A DNA stretch of 45,555 nucleotides from Candidatus Bipolaricaulota bacterium (GCA_021129895.1 JAJOKL010000004.1:1-45555); one strand, 5' to 3'; shown: positions 11,166 to 20,454, counted from the first letter of the stretch. Notes: generated from the letters alone by a model not told the origin. Numbers and translations are program-made.

Positions 11166-12956
11166 ATGAAACGAAATTTGGTCCTGATTGCCCTGGTGTT
11201 GCCACTCGCCATCGCCCTCGGCGGTCCGGAGAAACTAGCCCCCGACCTGCGGCTCCTCTTGCAACACGACCTTTCCTCGCCTCTCGCGCAGGGCTTGGGG
11301 CTCCAGGCAGAAGATGGCCTGCGGGTGCTCATCTGGACCCGCGAGGCGGGGGCGGCCTGGGAGCTCCCTGGGTTCACCCCCTCCGGAGTGTGGGGGACGC
11401 TGGCCACCGGCTGGGTGGACCCGGCGGCGCTGTCCCGGCTGGCCGAGGTGCCGGAGCTGCTGTACATAGAGCCGGCCCGGCGGCTCCGTCCCAGCCTGGA
11501 CGTGTCCGTGCCCGAGGTGGGAGCCCCGGTGCTCTGGGCCGGGCCTCCGGGCACCCGCGGCGGGGGGACCTTGGTGGCCATCGTGGACTCCGGCATCGAC
11601 CCCCTGCACCCGGACTTCCGCGTGGACCGGGACGGGGATGGCTGGGAAGAGGGCTCTCGCATCCTGTTTTTGTGGGATCAAACCCTGTCCCCGGGCGGCA
11701 GCACCGCCCCCTGGGGGCTCTCCTACGGTCGGGTGTTCACCCAAGGGGAGCTGGAAGCCCAGATCGCCTCAGGATACTCCGAAAGCAGCGACACCTTGGG
11801 GCACGGCACCCACGTGGCGGGGATCGCCGCCGGGGACGGGAGCTCCTCCACTGCCGGCTACGTGGGGGTGGCACCGGAGGCGAACCTGATCGTGGTAAAG
11901 ACCACCTTCTACGAGGACGCGGTGCTGGATGCCGTCTCCTTCGCCTTCGACCGGGCGGAGGAGCTGGGGCTTCCCTGTGTGGTTAACCTGTCGCTGGGGG
12001 GGCATTCCGGACCACACGACGGGACCAGCCTGTTCGAGCGAGCGGTGGACGCGTTCCTGGACCGCCCCGGGCGGGCGATCGTGGTGGCGGCGGGGAACGA
12101 AGCCCAGGAAGGGATCCACGTGGGGGCCGAGGTGCATAGCCCCACCACCTGGCACCTGGTGCCGGAGGCCTCCTCGGTGACGGCCCGCTTCTGGCACCCG
12201 TTTCAGCTCGGATTCACGGTGGAGGTGGCCGCCCCCGGCGGGGAGCGGACCAGCGTGCTCCCCGGGGGGCAGGGGTACCTGGCCACCCCAGCAGGGCAGG
12301 CCTGGATAGACAACTCCGGCTACCCCGATCCCAGGAACGGGGACCGGCAGATCTTTCTCCAGCTTACCGGGGTTTCCTCCGGGGCGAGCTGGGCCATAAC
12401 CTCCGCCCTGTCCGCTGCGGCCAGTGCGCCGGACTGGTTGCGGCTCCCGGACGGCCGCCACTTCATGCTCCTGGGGACCAGCATGTCCGCCCCCCACGTG
12501 GCCGGGGCGTGTGCCCTGCTCCTATCTTTGGAGCCGAACCTGTCTTGGGATGAGTTGTGGGACGCGTTAACCGGCGGCGCCAGGGTGGACGGGTTCGTGG
12601 GCCAGGTCCCCAATCCGGGCTGGGGTTGGGGGAAGCTAGCCCTCCCCGGGGCCAGTGAGGGGATCGTGCCCTCGCCCAGCGGGGCCCGGCCGCGGCTGTG
12701 GCTCCTGGAGTCGCCGGTGGACCGGGAGGCCCGGTTCCTGTACCAACTGCCTAGGGATACCGGCTGGGCGGAGCTGCGGGTGTACACGATCACCGGCCGG
12801 CTCCTGTGGCGCCAGGCGCTGGAGCCAGGCGGGGGGGAGATCCATTGGCCCCTGATGACCTCCCGCGGGAACCCGGTCGCCAGCGGCTTGTATCTCGCGG
12901 TGATCGTGAGTGATCGGGGCACTTCGACTATCCTGCGGGTGGTGGTCCAGAGATGA
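11166..12956 (+). CDS. Secreted S8 (subtilisin-like) serine peptidase with a T9SS/FlgD-type C-terminal sorting domain
   Basis: Signal peptide MKRNLVLIALVLPLAIALG. Catalytic blocks VAIVDSGID (Asp), HGTHVAGIAAG (His), VVNLSLGG (oxyanion Asn), GTSMSAPHVAG (Ser). The last ~85 aa (ARFLYQLPRDTGWAELRVYTITGRLLWRQALEPGGGEIHWPLMTSRGNPVASGLYLAVIVSDRGTSTILRVVVQR) follow the Por_Secre_tail/FlgD-Ig pattern. Confidence 0.85.
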   Translation: MKRNLVLIALVLPLAIALGGPEKLAPDLRLLLQHDLSSPLAQGLGLQAEDGLRVLIWTREAGAAWELPGFTPSGVWGTLATGWVDPAALSRLAEVPELLYIEPARRLRPSLDVSVPEVGAPVLWAGPPGTRGGGTLVAIVDSGIDPLHPDFRVDRDGDGWEEGSRILFLWDQTLSPGGSTAPWGLSYGRVFTQGELEAQIASGYSESSDTLGHGTHVAGIAAGDGSSSTAGYVGVAPEANLIVVKTTFYEDAVLDAVSFAFDRAEELGLPCVVNLSLGGHSGPHDGTSLFERAVDAFLDRPGRAIVVAAGNEAQEGIHVGAEVHSPTTWHLVPEASSVTARFWHPFQLGFTVEVAAPGGERTSVLPGGQGYLATPAGQAWIDNSGYPDPRNGDRQIFLQLTGVSSGASWAITSALSAAASAPDWLRLPDGRHFMLLGTSMSAPHVAGACALLLSLEPNLSWDELWDALTGGARVDGFVGQVPNPGWGWGKLALPGASEGIVPSPSGARPRLWLLESPVDREARFLYQLPRDTGWAELRVYTITGRLLWRQALEPGGGEIHWPLMTSRGNPVASGLYLAVIVSDRGTSTILRVVVQR

Positions 12957-13758
12957 GATGGGCACGGGTACTGGTGCTGGGCCTGGGGGTCCTGGGGCTG
13001 GGGAGCTACGTGGGCACCGGAGAGCTGTTCTCGCTGGGCCTGGACGCTTGGGATGCCGGGATGGCCGGGGCGGGCCTGGCGCTGGCTTCCGGGCCGGGAG
13101 CATTGCTGGCGAACCCGGCCGGCCTGGCCGGGGAGACTGGGCTCCAACTCTCCTCCACCTTCGGCAGCACCTTCGGGCAGGCGTCCGCCTCCACCGCGGC
13201 GGTGAGTCTGGCCTGGCTGGGGGTGGGCGGGGTCAGGTTGAGCCTCCCCCCCGACGGGGGGACCCCCTTCCTGCAAGAGGGGGCCCTGCTGGGGGTGGGG
13301 ATTCCGATCAGTCCCGACTTTTCCATCGGGGCCAGGGGGCGGCTTCTGCACCTGGTGTATCCGGAGGAGCATACCGGGGGGGCCCTGGATTTGGCCGCCC
13401 TGTATCGGGGGCCGGTGTCCGCCGCCCTGGTGGTGGAAGGAGCCCTGGCCAAGGACCCCACCCCGAGGGAGGAGTGGCCCCCCTCCTTGTCCTTGGACTC
13501 GCTTTCCAGCTTCCTTTGGGGGATCAGCTCTCCGGCCACTTGGCCCTTGCCGCCACCGGGATCGGGGCGGATGCCCCTACCCTCCGGCTGGGGGCCGAGC
13601 TGTGGGTGGGGGAGTTGGGGCTGCGGTGCGGGCTATCCCCGGAGCTTGCGGCCGTTGGGGTGTCCGCCGGCTGGCGGAATTTCAGGCTTAACTTGGCGGT
13701 GAAGCTGAGCACGGCCCTGTCGGCCTCCTTCTTCGCCACCTTGATCGTGAGGTTTTGA
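12953..13758 (+). pseudogene. PorV/PorQ-like small outer-membrane beta-barrel, interrupted by a +/-1 frameshift in a C6 run (true pseudogene or sequencing error)
   Basis: Signal peptide MRWARVLVLGLGVLGLG, then GLDAWDAGMAGAGLALASGPGALLANPAGLA (the G..A...GMGGA..A...NPAGLA type motif). After the C6 run at 13478-13483 the protein-like sequence continues in the frame of ORF 12910..13758 (LLVLGLAFQLPLG...GWRNFRLNLAVKLSTALSASFFATLIVRF*) and ends in an OMP-type terminal Phe. The ATG overlaps the subtilase stop (ATGA). Confidence 0.6.
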
Positions 13759-13859
13759 AACCCGGTTCCTTGAACCGAAGTGTTAGAGGTGTAGTGAAGC
13801 CCGGAGAAGGGGACAATGGCGGGAGTGGAGCGATTGGCAATCCTAGCCATAATCTCTAC

Positions 13860-13908
13860 GGATCCAGGGGGGAGAGCGAGATGGTGGATAGCTTCACCCC
13901 CTGGATCC
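13860..13908. repeat. Perfect 12-bp inverted repeat (GGATCCAGGGGG / CCCCCTGGATCC) with a 25-nt spacer, 26 nt upstream of the giant OMP start
   Basis: Arms at 13860-13871 and 13897-13908, read directly from the sequence. It lies in the 176-nt gap between the PorV-like gene and the 1288-aa gene. Confidence 0.7.
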
Positions 13909-13934
13909 CCGCGGCCCCAGGAGGGTGGTGTTAG

Positions 13935-16900
13935 ATGGGAAGGGTAAAAGAGGGTTATGCAAACCTGGATCCTCACCGATCCAGGTACAAGATCTTGATC
14001 GCGGCGGTACTCCTCTTCGGATGTTGGGCCCTGGCGGAGGAGCAGACCGAGTCGTTCGCCTTGGAGGTGTCCGGCCAGAAGACCTGGACCATCCGGTATG
14101 GGATCGGTGATCCCACGGTCTTGGCCGGGGAGAACCTGTACCCCGGCCAGCTGTATTTGGATCAATCCCTGCGAGCGGACATCACCGGCACCGCCCCCGG
14201 TTTCCTGACCCTGGAGGCGAGCTTCGACGACCAATTGGGGCCGCACTTCCAGCACTTCGTGCTCAAGTTGGACCAGACCCCATGGCATGGCCTTTTGGGG
14301 GACTTCCATGTGGGTCGGGGGGAGCTGGGGGTGTACAACAAGAAGCTCCTGGGGGTAAAGCTCACCTACGAGGGGGAGGACTTCACCATCTCCGGCTTGG
14401 CCGCTCGGCTGGAAGGTGTCTCCGAATCCCGCGTGTTCCGGGGGCAGGCCGCCCAGGCCGAGGCCACCTACTCCTACCAGGATCCGGAGCGGCCATGGCT
14501 CCCCGCCCCGTACGCCAGGCACCTGGAGGGCCCCTACTTTTGGACCCTGCGGGCACCCTACGTGGAGGGTTTCTCCCAAGTGCAGCTCGCCCTGTCCACC
14601 GGGCCGGAGCTGGCCGCGTTCCTTACGGATTACGGGCTGGGCTACCTCGGCGAGGTGCTGGAGGAGGAGCCCGCCTCCGAGCTCAGGGAAGGCGAGTACC
14701 TGGTGCTCAGGGACGCCGGAGACGTGCTCCTCCTCAAAAGCCCCCCGGATGGCCTCCTGCGCAGCCGGATCCGGGACGCCATCGCGGAGTACAACGACCT
14801 GCATGGGCTCACCGGCGCGGACCGCAAAGACTACCCGTTCGTCTTGGGAAGCGAACTGGAACGGGCCTTCCTGGCCGGGCTGGAGGTCTATGCGAAGATA
14901 CAAGTGGACGGGGAGGACTATCCCTTTCCCGAGGCCGGGCGAAGGCGGTACCTAGTCCTGCCCGAACGGGACGTGATCGAGGGGTCTTTGGAGGTAAAGC
15001 TCCTCCCCCCCGGCGGAGACGAGTTCCGTCCCCTGGACGACCCGGAGTTCGCCGGCTACCAGGTGGACCTTTATCCCCAGCAAGGGATCTTGAAGCTTGA
15101 ATTCCCCGCCGAGTTCTTCCAGCCCGGGGCGGCCGTCCACGTGAGCTTCCGCTACCGGCGCACCGGCGATCTGTTCATGTTGGGGTTCTCCATCGTGCCG
15201 GGCTCGGAGCGGGTGTACCTGAACGGGGAGCCCCTGACCAAGGGAACCGACTACACCATCGATTACGAGACTGGCGCCTTGGTGTTGTTCATGACCCTGA
15301 CCGAAGAGGACGAGCTGCGGGTGAACTTCGAGCGGCAGCGAGGTGGGCTGGGGGTGGCCACGGAGTACGAGCGGCTGTTTTTTGGGGGGACCCTATCGGT
15401 GCCGGGATACGAGGAGCTGGAGATTTCGGTGTGGCGGGCCCTGGACGTGGGGCGGCCCGGCCCGGACACCCGCATCATGCCCAACACCCACACCGTCGGC
15501 GCCCTCCGCATGCGGGGGGAGTCGGAAGGATGGCGGTACTCCCTCAACTTCGGGGCCTCGGAGAACGTGTTTCCCCCTGGTGACAACGACCGGATAGCGG
15601 CGCCCAACCGGATAAACAGCATCGCCTTCGCCTGGGCCCCGGACGGCCAGTACGTGGTGTTCGCCCATCAGAACGGGCTCACCGTTTACTACCAGGATGG
15701 ATTCGCCCCCTACGGGGGCGCCCAGGGCCTGGGAGGGCGGGCGGTACGGACGGTACTGGCCCTGCCAGGCGTGCTCCTTTGTGCCACCGACGCCGGGCTC
15801 ACAGTGGTGAGGCTCACCGATCCGGCGCCGTTTGACCGGGTGGCGAGCTGGGTCAGGCTCTACCCGGAGGATGGCCTGCCTGGGCAGGAGGCGTTCGCCC
15901 TGGCGGAAGGGGAGGGCCTGGTGTACCTGGCCACCGACGAGGCGGTGGCGGTCTTCCCCCTGGAGGAAGTGGAAAACCCGGAGCAGTGGGAGAGCTGGCC
16001 ATTGCCGGAGGGGGTGGGGCGGCCTTGGGTGCTGCTTCCCTCCCGGGCCGGGCTCCTGCTCGGTGGGGAAGGGGGACTGTTCCGGCACGGGGAAGGAGGG
16101 TGGACCGAGATCGCAGAGGTGCCCGAGCCGGTATATGCACTGCTGGAGGTGGGGGAGGAGCTGTATGTGGCCACCGGCCAGGGGGTGCGCCTGCTGCGGG
16201 CCGGAAGCCCGGCCGGCTGGCTTTCCACGCAAGGGCCGGTGTACGCCCTGGCCGAATTCGCGGGAGAGCTGTGGTGGGGCGGGGAAGGGGGCTTGTTCCG
16301 CCGGTCCCAGCCCGGGCCAGTGCTGGAGGTTCGGGTGACGGCCTTGGCCGCGGACCACGCCCTGTGGGCGGGCACTGGGGCCTCAGCCGCGGGAGCCGAA
16401 CCTTACCAGCTGGATCTCTGGCGCTTCAGCCCGGAGCCGACCCGGTTCCCCCAGGAGGAGACCCACATCGATGGCCGGGACCTGGGGCAGTTCACCGATG
16501 CCCCGGCGGCTCTGCACACCGCCCGCGGGGTCACCGGCAGTCTCAGCCTCTCCCGCACCGTGGGGGATTGGGACCTCTCGCTGGAGGCGGGGACAAGGTG
16601 GCCGGGCTATCAGGCCATCGGCAGCGCCGGCGGGGGCGACAACCACGGACTCGGGCTCACTGCCCGCTACGAGACCCAGACCCTATCCGCTACCCTGTTC
16701 GGACGGTGGGAAGTGCGGAACCTGTTCTCCCGGCCCCAGGGTAGCCTGCGCGGGGGGGTGGAGGTTACCTGGCGGGGCATCCCCACCCTCAGCCTGTCCC
16801 TCACCCCTACTTACCAGCCCCGGGAGGGGAAGCTGGAGGCCGGCTACCGGCTGGGGGCGAATTGGCAGGGGCAAGGGTGGTCCGGGGCCCTCTCTCTGGG

Positions 16901-17801
16901 CGGCAACCTGGCCGGACCGGACTGGTATTTGGGAGGGAAGCTGAGTGCCCAGGTCGCCTGGCAGCCGCTTCCGGAGTTGGAGCTGGGGGCGCGCCTCGTG
17001 CGGCCATTTCGCTCCCGGGGAAACCCCGGGCAGGAGGAGGCCACCCTCACCGTCGACCTGACCGGCGGCAGCGAGGCGCTCTCCTGGCGGGTTTCCACCA
17101 CCGGCACCCTCACCCACCGCATCGGGGCGGAAGAGTGGACCCCGGCAGCCCAGCTGAGGATGGACCTCAGGTGGAAGCCCTGGTCGGTTGACGGGGGGAG
17201 GCTCACCCCCAACTCCACCTTGCGGGCGAGCTTCACCCCCCAGGAGTGGAACTGGACGGTGCAGGGCGGGGGGCTATGGCAGGTGGGGGAGGCCAACCTG
17301 AGGTTGGCCGTGACCTTCGGCCAAGGGTACCGGCCGGCGAGCCAGCGGGAAAGCCGTACCCTGAACCTGTCCCTGCGCTGGGAGTACCAGGGCTGGGAGG
17401 GGGTGACCCCCAGCCTGAGCTGGCGGCGCCAGTGGCAGCTCCTTTCCCACCCCCGCTACGGGGACAAGCTGACGGGGAAGACCCAGGCCACCCTGCGGGT
17501 GTCCTGGCGCCCGGACGCCCCCTGGCAAAACGACCTCACCGTGAACTACCGGGGGGAGGAAGGCGGGATAAGCTTGACCAACCGGCTCAGCTGGCCCTTG
17601 GAGGTGGGGTCCCTCTCCGCCCAGGCCTCCGCCACCTGGAAGGGTGGCAGGCTGGAGGGGAAGGCGACGGTGGGGTATGGACAGCCGGTGGCCGAGGGCT
17701 GGGACGTGAGCGCGGAGCTGGGCTACGCGTTCGGCGGGGCCCTGGGGGGGGGCCTGAAGCAGGGCCTGTTCGGCCAGCTGTCCCTGGTGGCTACCTTCTA
17801 G
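13935..17801 (+). CDS. Giant (1288 aa) outer-membrane protein: N-terminal beta-rich region, central propeller-like repeats, C-terminal beta-barrel ending in Phe
   Basis: SD AGGAGGG lies before ATG 13935. Signal-like segment YKILIAAVLLFGCWALA. The middle region (about 15600-16420) has repeated GL.V...DG / G.LLGGEGGLF / LYVATGQGV blocks. The last ~450 aa show alternating amphipathic strands (TWRGIPTLSLSLTPTYQ, LEAGYRLGANWQG, LRLAVTFGQGY...). The C-terminus is GQLSLVATF*. Confidence 0.75.
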   Translation: MGRVKEGYANLDPHRSRYKILIAAVLLFGCWALAEEQTESFALEVSGQKTWTIRYGIGDPTVLAGENLYPGQLYLDQSLRADITGTAPGFLTLEASFDDQLGPHFQHFVLKLDQTPWHGLLGDFHVGRGELGVYNKKLLGVKLTYEGEDFTISGLAARLEGVSESRVFRGQAAQAEATYSYQDPERPWLPAPYARHLEGPYFWTLRAPYVEGFSQVQLALSTGPELAAFLTDYGLGYLGEVLEEEPASELREGEYLVLRDAGDVLLLKSPPDGLLRSRIRDAIAEYNDLHGLTGADRKDYPFVLGSELERAFLAGLEVYAKIQVDGEDYPFPEAGRRRYLVLPERDVIEGSLEVKLLPPGGDEFRPLDDPEFAGYQVDLYPQQGILKLEFPAEFFQPGAAVHVSFRYRRTGDLFMLGFSIVPGSERVYLNGEPLTKGTDYTIDYETGALVLFMTLTEEDELRVNFERQRGGLGVATEYERLFFGGTLSVPGYEELEISVWRALDVGRPGPDTRIMPNTHTVGALRMRGESEGWRYSLNFGASENVFPPGDNDRIAAPNRINSIAFAWAPDGQYVVFAHQNGLTVYYQDGFAPYGGAQGLGGRAVRTVLALPGVLLCATDAGLTVVRLTDPAPFDRVASWVRLYPEDGLPGQEAFALAEGEGLVYLATDEAVAVFPLEEVENPEQWESWPLPEGVGRPWVLLPSRAGLLLGGEGGLFRHGEGGWTEIAEVPEPVYALLEVGEELYVATGQGVRLLRAGSPAGWLSTQGPVYALAEFAGELWWGGEGGLFRRSQPGPVLEVRVTALAADHALWAGTGASAAGAEPYQLDLWRFSPEPTRFPQEETHIDGRDLGQFTDAPAALHTARGVTGSLSLSRTVGDWDLSLEAGTRWPGYQAIGSAGGGDNHGLGLTARYETQTLSATLFGRWEVRNLFSRPQGSLRGGVEVTWRGIPTLSLSLTPTYQPREGKLEAGYRLGANWQGQGWSGALSLGGNLAGPDWYLGGKLSAQVAWQPLPELELGARLVRPFRSRGNPGQEEATLTVDLTGGSEALSWRVSTTGTLTHRIGAEEWTPAAQLRMDLRWKPWSVDGGRLTPNSTLRASFTPQEWNWTVQGGGLWQVGEANLRLAVTFGQGYRPASQRESRTLNLSLRWEYQGWEGVTPSLSWRRQWQLLSHPRYGDKLTGKTQATLRVSWRPDAPWQNDLTVNYRGEEGGISLTNRLSWPLEVGSLSAQASATWKGGRLEGKATVGYGQPVAEGWDVSAELGYAFGGALGGGLKQGLFGQLSLVATF

Positions 17802-17971
17802 GCGTTTCCCCGGCTCGACCCCCATTCAGCTCCGGCTTGCCCACCGGGTTTCAATCCGGTTTACGGAGCCGGGTTGGGACCACGTTTGACCGTGTTTGCT
17901 CCCGGACACCGCAGCACCCCGGTTGCCCGGGTTGTGGGCCGCCGCCCCCGTGGTAGGTTTAGAAAAGGCGA

Positions 17972-18904
17972 ATGGTAGAAAACACGGTGCTGCTCATTAT
18001 CGGCCCCACCGCAGTGGGGAAGAGCAGGGTGGCGGCCTTGGTGGCCGAGGCGGTCGGGGCGGAGGTCATCTCCGCCGACGCCCGCGCCGTCTACCGGGGT
18101 CTTGCGATCGGTACCGACCGCCCCCCCGCGGAGCTGCTCCGCAGGATCCCCCATCACCTGATCGGGGTCCTCGATCCCCGGGAGTCCTACGATGCGGCCC
18201 GGTTCCGGGCCGACTGCGAGCGGTTGGTGGAGGAGATCCACGCCCGGGGCCGGCGGGCCATCGTGGTGGGGGGGGGCACCCTGTACGTGCGGGCCCTCAC
18301 CCGGGGGCTGTTCCCAGGACCCTCGGCCGACCCCGCGCTCCGCCGGGAGCTTTCCGCCCGGCCTACGGAGGAACTCTATCAGGAGCTTATGCGCGTGGAC
18401 CCCCAGGCGGCGGGCCGCATTCGACCCCGGGACCGGGTGCGCATCGTGCGGGCGCTGGAGGTGTACCGGCTCACCGGCCGGCCCATCTCCGCCCACTGGG
18501 GACGGGAAGAGCCGTTCCCGTTCCCCCTGGTCAAGGTAGGGTTTACCCTGGACCGCGGGGAGCTGTATCGCCGCATCGAGGCGCGGGTGGAGGACATGTT
18601 CCGCCGGGGCCTCTTGGAGGAGGCGCGCCGGCTGTGGGAGCTGGGGCTGCCGCCGGCGGCCCCGGCGGCCCGCACCATCGGCTACCAAGAGTTGTTCGCC
18701 TACTTCCAGGGGAAATGCACCCTGGAGGAGGCGAAAGGGAGGATCGTGGCCAACACCAAGGCCTACGCCCGGCGGCAGCTCGCCTTCTTCCGGGCAGAGG
18801 AAGGGGTGCACTGGCTCGACGTCACCGCCCGCCCCCCGGAGGAGGTGGCGAGGGAGGTGCAGCGGATTTGGTCTCAGAAGGATCCGACCCTAGAATGTCG
18901 CTGA
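17972..18904 (+). CDS. miaA: tRNA dimethylallyltransferase
   Basis: LLIIGPTAVGKSRVAALVAEAVGAEVISADARAVYRGLAIGTDRP, HHLIGVLDP and GGTLYVRAL are typical MiaA blocks. Confidence 0.9.
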   Translation: MVENTVLLIIGPTAVGKSRVAALVAEAVGAEVISADARAVYRGLAIGTDRPPAELLRRIPHHLIGVLDPRESYDAARFRADCERLVEEIHARGRRAIVVGGGTLYVRALTRGLFPGPSADPALRRELSARPTEELYQELMRVDPQAAGRIRPRDRVRIVRALEVYRLTGRPISAHWGREEPFPFPLVKVGFTLDRGELYRRIEARVEDMFRRGLLEEARRLWELGLPPAAPAARTIGYQELFAYFQGKCTLEEAKGRIVANTKAYARRQLAFFRAEEGVHWLDVTARPPEEVAREVQRIWSQKDPTLECR

Positions 18905-20454
18905 TGAAGCCGGTTTTGTCGGGGCAGGCGATCGGGGAACTGGACCGACGGGCGGAGGAGCTCGGGGTGTGCTCCCTGCTTTTGATGGAGGCGGCCGGGC
19001 GGGGGGCGGCCCAGCGGGTGCGGCACCTTTACCCCGAAGCCGCCCGGGGGCGGGTGCTGGCCCTGGCCGGGAAAGGGGGAAACGGCGGGGACGCCCTGTG
19101 CATGGCCCGCTGGCTGGGGCTGTGGGGGGCGGAGCCCACCGTGCTGCTTCTGGGGAAACCGCAAGGGGCGGCGGAGGCCCAAGCCCGGGCCTTCTCCGCC
19201 TGTTTCCCGGACCGACTCATCAGGATCAGCTCCCAAAAAGAGCTTGAGGACCGGGCCGGGGAGCTATCTCGGGCGGACCTGGTGATCGACGGGATCCTGG
19301 GGGTGGGGGTGAAGGGCCCGGCGCGGGGGCTGGCCCGGGCAGCCATCGAGCTTCTGGCCGGAGCCCAAGGGCCGGTGGTGGCAGTGGACCTACCCTCCGG
19401 GCTCCTGGCCGACAGCGGGGAGGTCCCCGGCCCGGCGGGGTGGGCGGACCTGACCCTGGTCATGGGGGCCCTCAAGCCCTGTCACCTGCTTCCCCCGGCC
19501 GCGGAGCGGTGCGGCCGGCTGGAGCTGGTGGAGGTGCCCTATCCCCCCGTGGCCTGGGAGGAGATCTCCCCCCTGGCCTACGTCCTCACCCGGGATGAGG
19601 TCCGCAGGATGATCCCGGCCCGGGCCCGGTTCGGCCACAAGGGCACGTTCGGCCGGGTGCTGGTGATCGGGGGGGCGGTGGGCATGGCCGGGGCGGTTGC
19701 CCTGGCTGCCGAGGCTGCCCTGCGGGCCGGGGCCGGGCTGGTACACGCGGCGGTGCCGGCCCCCATCTACGGGGTGGTGGAAGGGGCTGTCACCGAGGCG
19801 TTGGTCCATCCCTGCCTTGATGAGGGGGGCACCTTCTCGTCGGAGGCGGCCGCCCAGGTGCTGGAGCTCATGGAGGGGATGGAGGTGGTGCTGTTGGGCC
19901 CAGGGCTGGGCCGGGGGGCGGGCCCGGCCGAGTTGGCACAGGCCGTCCTCACCTCGGGGCACCCCAAATTGCTGGTGGACGCCGATGGCCTATTCGCCCT
20001 GGCCCAGGCCCCGAAGCTCCTCAGAAAGCGTCGAGGCGAGCTCATCCTCACCCCCCACCCCGGCGAGTTCGCCCGCCTGGTAGGAAAGGACGCTAACCAG
20101 GTGGTAGCGGGGAAGATCGAGGAGGCCCGCCGGGCCGCGCGGAAATGGGGGGCGGTGGTGGCCCTGAAGGGACCGCCCACCGCCATCGCCTCCCCGGCCG
20201 GGGACGTCTACCTCAGTACCACTGGCAACACCGCGCTGGCCCACGGCGGGGCCGGGGACGTGCTAGCGGGCCTCATCGCCGGCCTGTGGGCCGGGGGGGC
20301 AACAGCCCTGGAGGCGGCCTGTGCCGGTGCCTTCGTCCATGGCCTGGCCGCAGAACTCCTCTCAGAGGCCGGGGCCGCACGGGCCCTGCTCCCCGGGGAT
20401 CTGTTCCAGGTGCTCCCCCAGGCCTTCCGGGAGCTGGAGGCCGCCCGTGGCTAG
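18895..20454 (+). CDS. nnr: Bifunctional NAD(P)H-hydrate repair enzyme Nnr (epimerase + ADP-dependent dehydratase)
   Basis: N-terminal YjeF_N domain (LMEAAGRGAAQ..., LAGKGGNGGDAL). C-terminal carbohydrate-kinase domain (HKGTFGRVLVIGG..GMAGAVALAAEAALRAGAGLV, LTPHPGEFARL, GGAGDVLAG). The start is ATG 18895 or 18904. Confidence 0.85.
   Translation: MSLMKPVLSGQAIGELDRRAEELGVCSLLLMEAAGRGAAQRVRHLYPEAARGRVLALAGKGGNGGDALCMARWLGLWGAEPTVLLLGKPQGAAEAQARAFSACFPDRLIRISSQKELEDRAGELSRADLVIDGILGVGVKGPARGLARAAIELLAGAQGPVVAVDLPSGLLADSGEVPGPAGWADLTLVMGALKPCHLLPPAAERCGRLELVEVPYPPVAWEEISPLAYVLTRDEVRRMIPARARFGHKGTFGRVLVIGGAVGMAGAVALAAEAALRAGAGLVHAAVPAPIYGVVEGAVTEALVHPCLDEGGTFSSEAAAQVLELMEGMEVVLLGPGLGRGAGPAELAQAVLTSGHPKLLVDADGLFALAQAPKLLRKRRGELILTPHPGEFARLVGKDANQVVAGKIEEARRAARKWGAVVALKGPPTAIASPAGDVYLSTTGNTALAHGGAGDVLAGLIAGLWAGGATALEAACAGAFVHGLAAELLSEAGAARALLPGDLFQVLPQAFRELEAARG

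Noticed and set aside
13524-14903. 459-aa minus-strand ORF opposite the 5' part of the giant OMP gene
   Set aside because: It has shadow-ORF composition (Gly/Pro/Leu/Gln repeats). The plus-strand gene has an SD, a signal sequence and a coherent domain structure.
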